DNA of 64,000 bases from Octopus vulgaris. Lineage: Eukaryota. How positions within the stretch are numbered: the stretch's first letter is position 1; each line of letters opens with the position of its first letter. The position numbers were made by a program, and so were the translations under genes. Shown in pieces: positions 26,489 to 38,719 of the stretch. The stretch covers positions 127,534,001-127,598,000 of the forward strand of contig OX597815.1 of assembly GCA_951406725.2 (NCBI GenBank), given 5' to 3'. Under the pieces are notes generated by a model. It was not told where the DNA came from. It saw nothing but the letters and a program-made list of their open reading frames with translations, and did no database searches.

Positions 26489-27487
26489 CATATATATATA
26501 TATATGTGTGTGTGTATATATATGCATATAAATGCACACACAAAATACATACAAATGCATGAATATATTTATCCAATATGTGTTTGATTTTGATGAAATG
26601 TTCAAAATCAAAAACATTAACTATTGATGGGATTTATTAATTTCCTTTTACATTCACAAGTAAATATAATATTTAGCTTGCTATACTTCAGTAGCTTCAA
26701 CATCAATACCATGATCTGAATTATCAGGAGGAGTCGTAAAATTATTGTTTACCCTATTCATTTCTGCATCACGTTCTTTGATAACACTGTCCAAATCTGA
26801 TTTGGAGTTGTCTGCTGGCATTGAATATGTTGTGTCATTATCAAAGTTGTTAAGATTTTCTGGTGCAGCATTGATATTTTTACTATACACATCATGAAAT
26901 TCGTTGTTAATGTTGGAGTGCAAACTATAATAATAAAAGAAATAAGATGAAAATATGTTATTAAATTAAAACCACAGAACGTCATTTAATAGTATTAATA
27001 CTTTGATACAATAGAGCACTCAATATAAATTCAGTATATAATATTCTCATTGAATATATTTAACTAAAGTTTTAAAACCACGGATGTCATACTTCTCACG
27101 TTCAGAACCATTTACAGCTGTTTCTGTTTTGTACTGTTCATGTAGTCCCGTGGTTAGATTACAGTTGGCATCTAAGTAGTTAATTGAATTATGCTCTTTT
27201 TCTATTGTGATGGTTAAGCCAAAACATTTAAAGAACTTATATAGTGTTTTCTTTAGTAGTTCTAATCACCTATATGAGGTGTTTTTAAGGATAAATAACA
27301 CTTTAAGATCTTAGAACTTATCTGCCAAAGAAAATTATGACCAACTACAACACAGAGAAAACTGAACCTTTTGCACCTTCCAGACCCCTCATAACAATTA
27401 AGGGCCATAAAGTAAATTTCTTAACAGACACGAAAGTTAGACTAATCTGCCCCAATAAATCCGATCTATGTAAGCTAAGTAAATTAA

Positions 27488-27881
27488 TCTCTCTATATAT
27501 ATATAAAGCTGAAGTTGTCTGTGTATGGCAGGTTTGGTAGCCTTCAACTAACACTATCTCCTCCAAGACCCTGCACGTAAGTTGACCAAAATTGAGAGTA
27601 TGATAGAAGAAGGCTTGCCCTTCCTTTTGTAGAAGAAAAAATTCAAATCGGACCATGTTAACACCAAAAATTATTTACATAAAAAAGGTACTTTTTTCTA
27701 TGAAAATCCCTACTTTTTACGATTTTTTGACTGCTGTGTCACCATCTTTCGGTGTATTTCAACCAGAAAAATGTTCACTTAAAGAGAATAACAAGCTACA
27801 TAATGCAAAATTTTTACTTTTCAAAAATTCCAATTCTGAAGGGTCGAAACAAACCCGAGCAATGCCAGGCGATACTGCTAG
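27488..27881 (+). mobile_element. Non-autonomous Helitron inserted in the Penelope RT
   Basis: Starts TC after A. Ends with an imperfect hairpin CCCGAGCAATGCCAGG and CTAG before T. No TSD. Removing it restores ...SKLILDKY. Confidence 0.88.
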
Positions 27882-28710
27882 TATTAGATAAATATATCCC
27901 TACTATAAAAAATAAAATCATCCTTGAATTATGGTTAAATACTCACAAAGCCTTTAACTGGTTCTCCAAGATACAGAATAAATATAGCTATAAGTTCCTA
28001 CAAATAGACATAGAGAACTACAACTGATCAATTAACTCTAGAATTCTAAATAGCGCTCTTATTTTCGCCAAAAAACATACCGAACTGACAATGAATGAAA
28101 CTGAGGTAATCATAGAAGCTAGGAAATCTATAATAAAATTCGATAACAAATTATGGGTAAGAAAGGATACCCCCAATTACTTCAACATCACTATGGGAGC
28201 GAGCCCCTGATTCATCACAGGTATCCAACTTATTAGATATTTACCTATTATCACATTTACATGAAGAATTCCCAGAGATCAGGAGAGGCCTTTATAGTGA
28301 CGATGCATTATTTATCCTTAAAAACACCTCAAATAGGAGACTAGAACTACTAAAGAAAAATCTATATAAGTTCTTTAAATGTTTTGGCTTAACCATCATA
28401 AAAGAAAAAGAGCATAATTCAGTTAATTACTTAGCTGCCAACTGTAATCTAACCACGGGACTACATGAACCGTACATTAAACTGAATACAAACCTTAAAT
28501 ATATAAATGCACTTTGTAACCACCCAAACTTTATAAAAAGAGGACTTGTACAAGGCATCAGCATAAGAATCTCATATTTCTCATCCAACAATGCAACTAA
28601 AAATCAATATAGTCACTAAAATGTAAGCCGGAAGACTTAACAAACTTTTTCCTTTTTCTTTTGCCCTTTCCTTTCATTTCCCTTTTTCACGTATTTATTT
28701 TCCTCTAAAT

Positions 28711-28789
28711 CATTCTGACAATGTTTGTTAAATGGAATGAGATAAACACAAATCTACTTCGATTTGATAAACAGAAACAGCTGTAAATG
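28711..28789 (+). ncRNA. Degenerate type-I hammerhead motif
   Basis: CATT-CTGACAA-TGTTT...AAACA-GAAA-CAGCTG-TA-AATG; one core G is mutated to A. Confidence 0.6.
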
Positions 28790-29250
28790 GTTCTGAACTA
28801 CAATTAAACTAGGACCTTTTAATACCTATGGTCAACTTCTCATTGTTATTTATAGCTCCATTTCTTTTATTTTCTATAGATATATTAAACCACAGTTTTA
28901 CCTTTAAATTACCAACTACTGTATACCTTTTAGCTAGGACTATACATAGTGAGGTAATACACCAGTAGTGCCTACGGATACATTTATCCCTTAGATGGAT
29001 AATATATATAAATATAGATATATATATATATATATATATGATTACACACACACACAAAATTAAATAACAAAGAAATTATGCAATGACCTCCATTAGCTTG
29101 CAGCTGCTCTTCTATAAGTTGTAGTGCACTCAGAGCTGAGACTATGTGCACTGCCTTATATCTTCCTTGGTACTTCTAAAATCATTCATGCACACATATA
29201 CACACACATATATATATCCATATATATGCTTAAATATATACATGTTTGTT

Positions 29251-29284
<34 letters not shown>

Positions 29285-29290
29285 TACACA

Positions 29291-29494
29291 CAAAGGGGTG
29301 CTGGAAAGTTTCTGGCTTTAGGTATCACGAAAACCTTTGTTGGAGGCCCAACTTACCAAGTTCTTTTGCAGGGCTTTGAAAAACTGAAGGAAGTATGCAA
29401 GTCAGAGAGGGGAATATGCTGAATAAAATCATGATTAACTGATCCCTCTGTATTTCCTTTAAACCAAAGCCAGGAGCTTTTCTGCACCCACTCA
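29291..29494 (+). mobile_element. Mariner-derived MITE
   Basis: TIRs GGGGTGCTGGAAAGTTTCTGGCTTT / AAAGCCAGGAGCTTTTCTGCACCC enclose a remnant of a mariner C-terminus. Confidence 0.7.
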
Positions 29495-29629
29495 TGTGTG
29501 TGTGTGTGTGTGTGTATACAGGGTGCAATGAATAGACTGTCATCTAAATTATGCAAAAATGAAAATAATACTGACATCTCATTTTAACAGATATATTTAC
29601 CAAAATTACATGAAAATATCTTGAAATAC

Positions 29630-30128
29630 TAAGTGGGTTCTGAAGGAGCCTTCAATTGCTCCTACATACTTATGCATGTTTAGTTGCCCATTTGGTCCTA
29701 TAGCTATTACCTCCATGTTAACATTGGCCATTCAGTGGACATGCTGTGTTACCCCTACATGATCATCCTGCCTCTGTCTTGGGTGTGGGCCTACTTACTA
29801 AAATCTTTTTTACATTAGGTCCACAGCTAAAGGAAATTCTCAGGGTATGCCTATTGAATATTTTGCTGAATCTATTTGTATGGGGGAAGTGTTTATCAAC
29901 TAAGCTAAAAATCTTACCTACCTGGGTTTTAACATTTAAAGAGAACAGTAGTGTGAATAACATCACTTTCTGGTGCTGCTTTCTCTTGGAGGGATTAGGT
30001 TCTGACATGTAACTAATTCTATCCTTGAAACTACTGGCAAGCAGAGCCTCATTGTCAGTATCAAAAATCTCTTTGCTGGAAGACAAGCTGGAGATTCTTC
30101 TGCTGACGTCCTTTACCAGGTTCTAGCA
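29630..30128 (-). mobile_element. Penelope-like (Nematis-type) linker/GIY-YIG fragment
   Basis: FSLNVKTQVGK...DKHFP...KIFNRHTLRISFSCGPNV, then *SCRGNTACPLNGQC and, after a frameshift, YVGAIEGSF. Confidence 0.82.
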
Positions 30129-30764
30129 GAAGGATCGCCAGCCCCAACATGGCGAACACCTAATAAATAAACTGTTTCCCACCACCTTCAATATAAACTC
30201 CCACACACACACACTACATGCAGACATAAAGATCACATGACTAACAAATACAGAAAGGAAACACACTAGCAAACACAGTAATGAATACCTACACCCCATG
30301 CAAAAGTTATACATACAGTACCACTACACATCCCATTTCCACAAGAACACCAGCCTGATAGAGACACAATTCCTACAAACACTTCATAATAACTCTTACT
30401 GACTTACAGCATAACCAATCCAGTGGCAATGTCTTGGTATCAAGGGACATAACACTTGAGTAAATCCCCTACCCAGTTAGTTTCATAACCTTTTCCCGAC
30501 AACCGCAAACTGGATGTCTCCTGTCACTTCCAATAATAGTGAACAGTTGCCATATTTCATTTCATATCGGCTACCTCTGGTGAGCATAGGGTTATATTAT
30601 CTCATTGTTACCTAACACTCTGCCATACTCCTGGCGTGAAATCATCTGGTAAGATCAGCTGTGGTTATATAATATTGTACACTTTAGATAATACACCCAC
30701 TTTATTGACAGATATACAAGTGCATTTTTTTCCTGACTTATAGATGTTTAGACAATTTACACAC

Positions 30765-31075
30765 ATCATCATCATCATTAAGCATCTGTTGTCCTTCCTG
30801 GAAGGCTTCATCAGACTCCAATCTGTTTTGACATGGTCTCTATGGCTGGATGCCCTTCTTAGCACCAACCACTCCAAGAGTGTAATGGGTGCTTTTAGGT
30901 GCCGCTGGCATGGGTGCCATTTGCATGACACCAGTATCTGCCATGACTGCAGTTTTACTTGGTTTGATAGGTCTTTCCAAGCACGGCATAATGCCAAATG
31001 TACTCAGTCCTTGCTTCCATGAGATCTAACACTCAAAAGCCCTGCATAATGCCAAATGGTCTCAGCCCTTGCCTC
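30765..31075 (-). mobile_element. RTE-type LINE 3' end fragment
   Basis: (CAT)n followed by GGCTGGATGCCCTT...CCAACCACTCC, shared with 36730-37630 and 61418-61652. Confidence 0.7.
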
Positions 31076-31106
31076 ATACACACATGTATATATGTTTGTG
31101 TGTGTG

Positions 31107-31138
<32 letters not shown>

Positions 31139-31149
31139 TATCAGTATAA

Positions 31150-31305
31150 GATAGGCTTCCCTACAGTTTCCACCAATCTGATATCACTCACAAGGCATTG
31201 GTCAACCTGTGACAGTAGTAGAAGACACTTGCCAAAAGTATCATCCAGCAGGATCAGCCCTAAAAGCACATGGTAGCAAAGCAATCACACAGCTACTTCT
31301 GTACT
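31150..31305 (-). mobile_element. SINE 5' fragment (same family as 9199-9596)
   Basis: AGTAGAAGACACTTGCC...CACACAGCTACTTCTG matches the SINE head. Confidence 0.7.
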
Positions 31306-31531
31306 CGTTGCTGATTGATATAATCTAGTATGCTATTACTTGTTTTATTGGCTCTAGAAAGAAGGAAATTAACTTTATCTTAGTGATATTTGAACTCAGA
31401 ACACTGAGATATTAATTTAGTTCCAATAAAACATTCAGCTTCCATCTGTTTTTACCCTTTATCTCATAATAAATAATAGCAAACATTTTGAAACAAACTT
31501 TTCATTTTAAAATCTGTTTTGTAAAACATAC

Positions 31532-31597
31532 CTCCCTTTCTCTGGTAAGGGACCACCCATGTCATTTTCATCCATACTGTTGTATAATGGATTAACC
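31532..31597 (-). CDS. Internal coding exon (66 nt, phase 2-2) of a host gene, probably a cadherin-related cytoplasmic tail
   Basis: TATTTTTCAG|G GTT AAT CCA...GGG AG|GTATGT. Encodes (Q)VNPLYNSMDENDMGGPLPEKG, in frame with exon 36035-36092. Confidence 0.7.
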
Positions 31598-31757
31598 CTG
31601 AAAAATATTTATATAAAACACAAATAAATTTTTTGAAGAAAAAGTCCATGGGTTATTGATAAATTAATATGTTTTTTCAGAGTTTTACTTTACAAGAAAT
31701 ATATAAAAAAATTTCTGAGAAAATGCCTCTTTCTCTTATGTCACTGACAGTGTAGAC

Positions 31758-34700
31758 CAGTGTTTTCCAAACTTTTCATGCCAAATTGCAATATCACCCA
31801 CCTATTGGCCAAAAAATGCTCCATTGCCCACCTATGTAAAAAAAAACCTGACATCCCCCAACACTAAATCCCCTAGGAGAATCTCCCCTTGTATCATTTG
31901 ACACACACACTATACTGTAGACTTGTTGCCTCGTTAATGCCATCTGGACTAAATATGTGGTTGTTTACAAATCTATTGTGGGTTTAGTTTTGCCATTAGT
32001 GTGAATAAAATTCTAATGTTAACTCTATATTATGCAGGCAGATTAACTTCAGTAAACTTGTGCTTTCTTTTACACTGATTTCTATTTTCCCCAAATGAAC
32101 CATTGAACAGAACTACCAATGCAAAAATAATTAATGATTGTATTATAAAAGAGAAAAATACAACTTTTTAATGAGAACCATGTCTGGGGCAATGCAGCTA
32201 GTGCAAATACATTCAGTCTCAAACTTGTCAATTTTAGCACAAGTCTACTCGTTGTGTTACTTCCAGTTCAATTCTTTTATGGGAGTGTAAAATTCCAATA
32301 TGGCTAAAACCAGATTCAACCAGGTATGGGGTAGGAGAGGCAAGCAAAAGTAATTTCAGATGTTTCCGCAGATTGGGGTAGGAATTCAATATACCTTGAT
32401 GATACCACAAACCTTCTTTGCCATTATGGCAATAGCACATTGTGGTGTCATCATCATTTTGTAATTCTATCAATTCCTTCTGTTTGTCATCCTCACAAAT
32501 GACTGCATCAAGCTCAAACGGATTGTTATACCAATTTGGCATATTCAGCACAATAACATCCTGAAATTGCACTATCATGTTTGTGCAATGACTGCAAATA
32601 GATGTTATATATAGTTAAATCTTCAACAGCCAATTCATCTTTGAAAAAATTTTGAAATGTTAGTCTTATACAGCACCAATTTCAAAATGAAGGTAGTGAT
32701 AAATGATTTACAATCAATGAGAGTTTTCCTGTTTCCTTGCAATAACTTATTCAAATCATTCAATTTTGTGAATATATCACAAAGAAAAAAGTTATCGCAC
32801 CTTACAGTCATCAATGAAGCATATAGTGGAATATCTTCAAAGAAAGATATGATTATATGAAATAGTTCAACAAAGTGTAAAACACAGTTTCCTTTTGACA
32901 GCCACCTCATTTTGGTATGGTATAAGACTTTAGTATAGTCCTCATCATTTCTCAGACTGAGTTGACAGAAAATTTGATAAGACAAGGGACTGGACTTCAA
33001 TTTGTTCACAGTCTTGATAATTAACTGTAGTGCATCATCCACTCTACTGTTCACATTTTTTGCCACTAAATGCAACTGGTGTGTCAAGCAATGAACAGTT
33101 AGTATCTGGTGGAAAATTTCTCTGTGAACAGCATTTCCTCATAAGGTTGAAGGTCTTCGCTGAAATACTGAACATATACCATATCAAACATTGATTGTCA
33201 ACAACAGTTGACTCATCCCCTTGCATTCAAAACGCTGGAGAATATTGGTGAGCTGATGTTTGACATCTTTGGCCATTTCGTCGATGCGTCAAGAAATCAT
33301 TTTATTACTCAGTGGGATCTTCATAATGTTATCAGGATTTTCATGCATAATGGTTGATAAAACCTTTTTAATAACTGGGCGAAGTAATGTTTCTCTAGTT
33401 ATGTGAGACTTCCCAGACTTAGCAACAAGCAATGCAATGTTGTGCAATGCAATCAACCCATCATTCTCTTGCTTACTAGTTTCTCGGAGTATTAGCAACA
33501 AGCAATGCAATGTTGTGCAACGCAATCAACCCATCATTCTCTTGCTTACTAGTTTCTTGGAGTAGTCTGTTGAATGTTTGTTTGCTTTTTGAAAGAGGTG
33601 CTCAGTTTCAAAATGTATGAATGCTTTGCATCAAAGTGATACTTCAAGCATGAAGGTTTCATCAGTTCATTGGTCAATGTTTGATGGCAAAGAAGGCACA
33701 TTGGTTACAGTTCTGAGGAGAGGCACTAAATTCAAACAATAAATAATCCCTACTGTACTGTCAACAAATTTTCTTGACTGGAGGCATCAGTAAAGTAAAA
33801 CTATGAAAATGAATTTCTACAGACAACGTCAGAAAGGCAGTATGGTATTCCCAAAGAGAAGAAGTTGATAGAGTAGAGTCAGATGACATGTCTTTACTGG
33901 AGCAAATACAAATCTAGTTTGTTTGGCTGCCAGCTTTTCAAAAATTGAAGTTATTGAAAATTTTATAATTTGGCACATTAATATACCTTTCTAAGCTAAA
34001 TTGTTGGTGTTATTAAACTTTTTCCAGAAAAATGTTTTTAAAAAGTTATAGAGGTTTAAAGTTTGGTCATTTTCACCCAGTCAAGAAACCCAATTTCAAA
34101 GCTGTCATGTTGTGCATGGTTGCACATTTTGTCAACAACCTGAAAATAGCACTTGTATTTTGATATGAGACTGTAGAATTACACACAGCATATAATCCTT
34201 CATAAATTTTTTTTGTTTTTCAGAGTTTTCAGAAGTTTTCATGAATTTGTATTCTATACATAGGAATTCATAGGATTATGCAAAAAAAGGAGAAAAAATT
34301 GTGGTGGAGCATGATTTAAGGCCTAAGCCTACTTCACTGCTATTTTTAGCACATATGACAACCATCTCAATGACGGTGCAACAAAAATATTTGATCGATA
34401 AACAAGTCTGCTTATTTTAAATACAAAGGGATGTTTCATGCGAGTAGTCAAATCGATAAAAGTGCATCTGTATTCTACAGTTGCCTAGATATGAAACCAT
34501 AGAATTACGCATGACATATAACACCTGATAACTTTTTTTATTTTTCAGAAAATTTTTAGCAAATTTGTATTCTACACGCAGGGCTTCATAGGATTATGCC
34601 AAAAAGTAAAAATTGTTGTGGGGTGTGATTTAAAGCCTAGGCCTATTTGGTTGCTATTTTTAGCACATATGACAACCATCTCATTGACTGTGTGACAAAA

Positions 34701-34969
34701 ATGATAAACAAGTTGAATGATAAACAAGTTCACTTTTTTAATACAAAGGGATGTCTCATGCAAGAAGTCAAATCGATAAAAGTGCATCCTTATTCTAGAT
34801 ATAAGTAAATGCAGACTTAATTTCTAAAAATGCTTTGTCACTCATAAAATGCTCGAATTACCCACCAAAATCTCAAATCACCTATCATTTTCTAGAAATT
34901 CACCCATCACCTACCTGTAAGTTGAAATTGCCCACTGGTGGGCGATATCAATCACTTTGGGAAGCTGTG
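31758..34969 (-). mobile_element. hAT Buster/Charlie transposon, full length, decayed
   Basis: TSD GTGTAGAC / GTGTAAAC (NNNTANNN). TIR CAGTGTTTTCCAAA / TTTGGGAAGCTGTG. Transposase pieces MKPSCLKYH, HITRETLLRP, IPLSN, LYHTKMRWLSKG and PTPYLVESGFS. Confidence 0.88.
33914..34809 (-). mobile_element. Probable non-autonomous Helitron-like insert with two ~325-bp tandem units
   Basis: CTAG at the left edge and a TACTTATATCT-like start on the minus strand. Diverged tandem copies ~34164-34478 and ~34490-34798. Confidence 0.4.
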
Positions 34970-36034
34970 GTGTAAACATATGTCAACCTTATTGACAGTG
35001 TAAACAATGCAAGCCTATAAAACTTTTATATTTGGATAACGCAAAATTAATGATATGCACCTTGAAATGGAGTTTCAAGTATTGAACAGTTACTTTTTCT
35101 TTGCTAGCTTAGAAATTAGTAGATGTATAAGACAGAAGTTCTACCCCAAAACACACACCTTAATTAGCAACAAATTGCAAATAAATATTCTAACTGCTTT
35201 GAATATTCTTTGGATCCTTCTATTGTGGAATGAATTATTATGAAATCAGGACTTCTAAATGCATACACTGATGCATGAATAGATAATTTACAGTTGGATG
35301 CTTTTCTATTGATAAGTACTCAACAGTGAAAGAGCGTTGGAACCTGTTACAAAGTTATGCTTTCTAAAAGGAACATCTAATTGCTACAACAGATTTTGAG
35401 CAGACCTACAAACAGAAAGTTTGTTTTGGTAAAATATATTATTAGAGTATCGGAATATACTACACACAATCCTGGAATGCACTGCAAAATTGCAGGCAGC
35501 TGGACAAGGAAGGAAGATCCGTCATTCACAAGGCATAAATCTAAAACATTATGGAATAATACATCTGTTTATGCTGCACAAATGCCTTGCAAAGTGTACT
35601 TTATTTCCTTGCTACAGTCCAAAGAAACATGTTACTCAGAGTTCAATACAACTACAGTGATTGCTGTCTTTAACACAAAGCTACAAATATGTAGTGGAGA
35701 GAACTCAGATTGTAGACATGGAAGATATACCACAAAGTATTTTGTTTGATACTTCAACAATTCTACTGATCCTTAATAACAAGTTTCTAATTTTGGCTCA
35801 AGGCAAGAAAATTCAGGGATAGGGCAAGTGACTTAAAACAATACCAGTACATGACTGGTACTTTATTTTATCAATTCTGGACTGATGAAATGTAAAGATT
35901 GATTGCTGTCATAGTTATGAAACCAATTATAACCTACATGTAATTAAATAATCAAATGTTTATAAAAAAAACAATAGGAGTTAGAAAGGATAGAGAAGGA
36001 GGAAAAAATGAGAAAGAGAGAAAGAAAAACATAC

Positions 36035-36092
36035 TGTCCCTCTGAAAACAAATTGGTTCCAGGATATACAACTTCAGGTGTATCATCTGATG
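36035..36092 (-). CDS. Internal coding exon (58 nt, phase 1-2) of the same host gene
   Basis: TTTTTATATCATTACAG|CA TCA GAT...GGA CA|GTATGT. Encodes SDDTPEVVYPGTNLFSEG(Q). Confidence 0.7.
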
Positions 36093-36324
36093 CTGTAATG
36101 ATATAAAAATTAAATAATGACCATAGTTTTCTTTGACAGATAAATTTCTTTCATGCATTGAATACAAAGACAAACACAGTTTAGGATACTTAAACAAAAT
36201 AGAATGTATAAAATTGAACTACTAAGAAAAAAGCAATACTGAACATGAAATGACGTTCAGTTCAACAGTCATAGCATGGCCACAGCTCATGAGCTGAAAC
36301 TAGTTGAATTCAATTCAATGCATA

Positions 36325-36440
36325 TCATCATCATCATCGTTTAACGTCCGCTTTCCATGCTAGCATGGGTTGGACGGTTCAAATGGGGTCTGGGAAGCCA
36401 GAAGGCTGCACCAGGCCCAGTGTGATCTGGCAGTGGGCCT
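36325..36440 (-). mobile_element. RTE 3' end fragment flanked by tiny CR1-type tails
   Basis: (CAT)nCGTTTAACGTCCGCTTTCCATGCTAGCATGGGTTGGACGG. Confidence 0.75.
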
Positions 36441-36650
36441 GGTGCAGCCAGCCACAGCTCTGAGCTGAAACTAGAGAGAAAATATATATATATATATTTA
36501 ACAGTATTAATAAAATAGGAGATGGAATGTGTAATAGACTTTATTGAGTACAACACATGTTTCGACCCGTTATCTATGAATAACAACAGGTAAGTGAAAC
36601 TGTGCCGGTGCGTTACTTATCATCTATTTATACATTTTGTACAATTTCTT

Positions 36651-36713
<63 letters not shown>

Positions 36714-36729
36714 CATGTGTATATACATA

Positions 36730-37630
36730 TATCATCATCATCCTTTAATACTCATTTTCTATGCTGGCATGGGTTGAGGGCTTGACCAGAGCTGGTAAGC
36801 CAGAGAGCTGCACTAGGTTCCAATCTGATTTGGCTTGGTTTCTACAGCTTGATGCCCTTTCTAACACAAACAACTTTACATTGTATGTGGGATACTTTTA
36901 ACGTGATATTGGCTGAGCGTTTTTACATGGTACCAGCACAAGCGCTTTTTATGCAGCACCAGCACAGGATTCATGCAGGCCAATCATCTCCAGCAGGGGA
37001 TGTAGCCTTAACACTTTTGCTGTGAAGGACAGGTCTTCTTGAGTACAGCAATGTGCCAGGTATTTCAGTCCTTTGTCATCTCATTTGAAAGTTGCAGTGT
37101 TCTGAGGTTATCGTGTCCTCGTAGGTCTCCCTCTTCCACGAGTTCCATCCACTTTGAGTGAGTGGCACTTCTTAATGGAGCTACTGACATCCATCCATAT
37201 CATATACTCAAACCAGCACAGTCTTCTCTCTTGGCTGCATCTAATTCCTCCTGTGCCTAACTTCTCTCTCAATATACTAACACTTTGTAACACATGTACA
37301 CTTATATTACACATTCAGTGGAGCAAACTAGCCTCATTCCTCTTGAGCCTTCACATGTCCTCTGCATTCTGGGCCCATGTCTCACTACCATGTAGAATTG
37401 CTGTCCATATGCATGCATCATAGAATCTTTCTTTCACTCAGAGAGAAACCTTTGGTTGCCATCAGAGTAAAAGCTCTCTGAATTTTCTCTATCTTATTCT
37501 TATTCTAGCTATCACACTCTCCATACATCCTCCTCTACAACTAATTAGATCCCCTAGAAAGAAGAAATTATCTACAATCTTTAAAGGGCCTCTGGGACAT
37601 TTGAGAAAATCGATCTCTGGAGTATCTGTA
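36730..37630 (-). mobile_element. RTE-clade LINE 3' portion
   Basis: ILHGSETWA...LREKLG...RRLCWF...RGRGRP, then the 3' UTR and a (GAT)n tail. Confidence 0.85.
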
Positions 37631-38029
37631 GTTTTTATAAAGCTGTATGTTTTTTTCAACACTTTCATATATCAGGGAAAACACTACTGCATTTAACCCT
37701 CTATCATAACTCTCACAAGTACTCACTTTGAGGTGTCTATAAACTAGCCATCCTCAGTGCATTTCTTTTCTTCCATAGTAGCTAAAGAAGGTATTATCCT
37801 CAATGACTGATATAACAGTCACTGTCTCTCATTTACGGAATGTTCTCATCCTAAAAAGAATGTTACACTTTAGCACAAAATATGTAACATGTCTGTTTAT
37901 AGGTGTTTGCAAATCTTCTCCAGAAACAGAAATATTTTTTAGGAGCAAGCACAGCTGTATGGTTCAGATGTTTGCTTTCTAGGTATGTACTTTGGGTTCC
38001 CTCCAATGTATGACACCTTGAACAAACTA

Positions 38030-38262
38030 TTGTCGATTGAATTTGGTAGATGGAAACTGAAAGAAACCTGTTGTGTGTGTGTACTTACGCTCTGTCGAGT
38101 ATGCACACTGACATTAAACATCCACCGGATCGTACTGGCTTCATTCCTTGCGAGCTTACGCATATCCTCAGCAGCCACAGCCCATGTTTCACTGCCATGT
38201 AGCATGGCTGTTCGTACACATGCATCATACAGTCTACCTTTTACTATGAGTGAGAAGCCCTT
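38030..38262. mobile_element. SINE fragment (+) joined to an RTE fragment (-)
   Basis: GAATTTGGTAGATGGAAACTGAAAGAA; MLHGSETWAVAAEDMRKLARNEASTIRWM on the minus strand. Confidence 0.75.
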
Positions 38263-38637
38263 TGCATATATATATATATATATATTGTTTTTAAATATTT
38301 TGTTTTAATTACTTGTATTTGAATTTTCTAGTAATGATATATTATATTTTGTTATATTTTGTTATATAAGTTAATATTTATATCTATTTATTCTAGTTTT
38401 ATTTATACCATGTTTTTAACGAAATAAATTTTATAAATAATAAGTCCTATTTATTAAGTTTAAAGATTTAGTTAACAATATATTTGTTAAGATATTTCGT
38501 ATTTGTATTTTATGATATAATATTGTATCTTATTCGATTTTTATTGTAAAATTACATTTTTTTTATATATATTTATATTTTCTTACAAGATTATATATAT
38601 ATATTTATATATATATAATTATTATTGTTTTTATCTT

Positions 38638-38719
38638 GGACCTGAAGAGTGACTATATTTAAATTGAATTGATTTTACTGTTATCAGTTTGAAATATAGC
38701 CACGAAACACGTGTAGTCC
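38638..38719 (+). ncRNA. Type-I hammerhead ribozyme
   Basis: GGAC-CTGAAGA-GTGACTATATTT...AAATATAGCCAC-GAAA-CACGTG-TA-GTCC. Confidence 0.85.

Larger units (their letters stand above)
27100..28800 (+). mobile_element. Penelope-like element (probably Nematis-type) RT remnant with an inverted 5' segment
   Basis: ITIKGHKVNF...VRLICPNKSDL, WLNTHKAFNWF, FLQIDIENY, FNITMG, GLYSDDALF. 27100-27300 is an inverted copy of parts of 28305-28475 and 28770-28798. Confidence 0.85.

Noticed and set aside
26681-26923. 80-aa Asn/Asp-rich ORF
   Set aside because: No recognisable motif or splice sites; it lies between Penelope remnants and cannot be assigned.
28025-28027. In-frame TGA in the Penelope RT as selenocysteine
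   Set aside because: Aligns to the Pro of the YPSI motif, not to a Cys; simple decay.
35381-35749. 122-aa + strand ORF
   Set aside because: Non-ATG start, no domain similarity I can recognise, and antisense to the inferred host gene.
36545-36600. Minus-strand GAAACATGTGTT hammerhead 3' half and a + strand CAG|GTAAGT donor
   Set aside because: No CUGANGA core and no upstream exon frame; at most a decayed Penelope end.
37728-37850. Candidate minus-strand exon (TTCTTTTTAG acceptor, GTGAGT donor)
   Set aside because: Stops in all three frames from either nearby acceptor.
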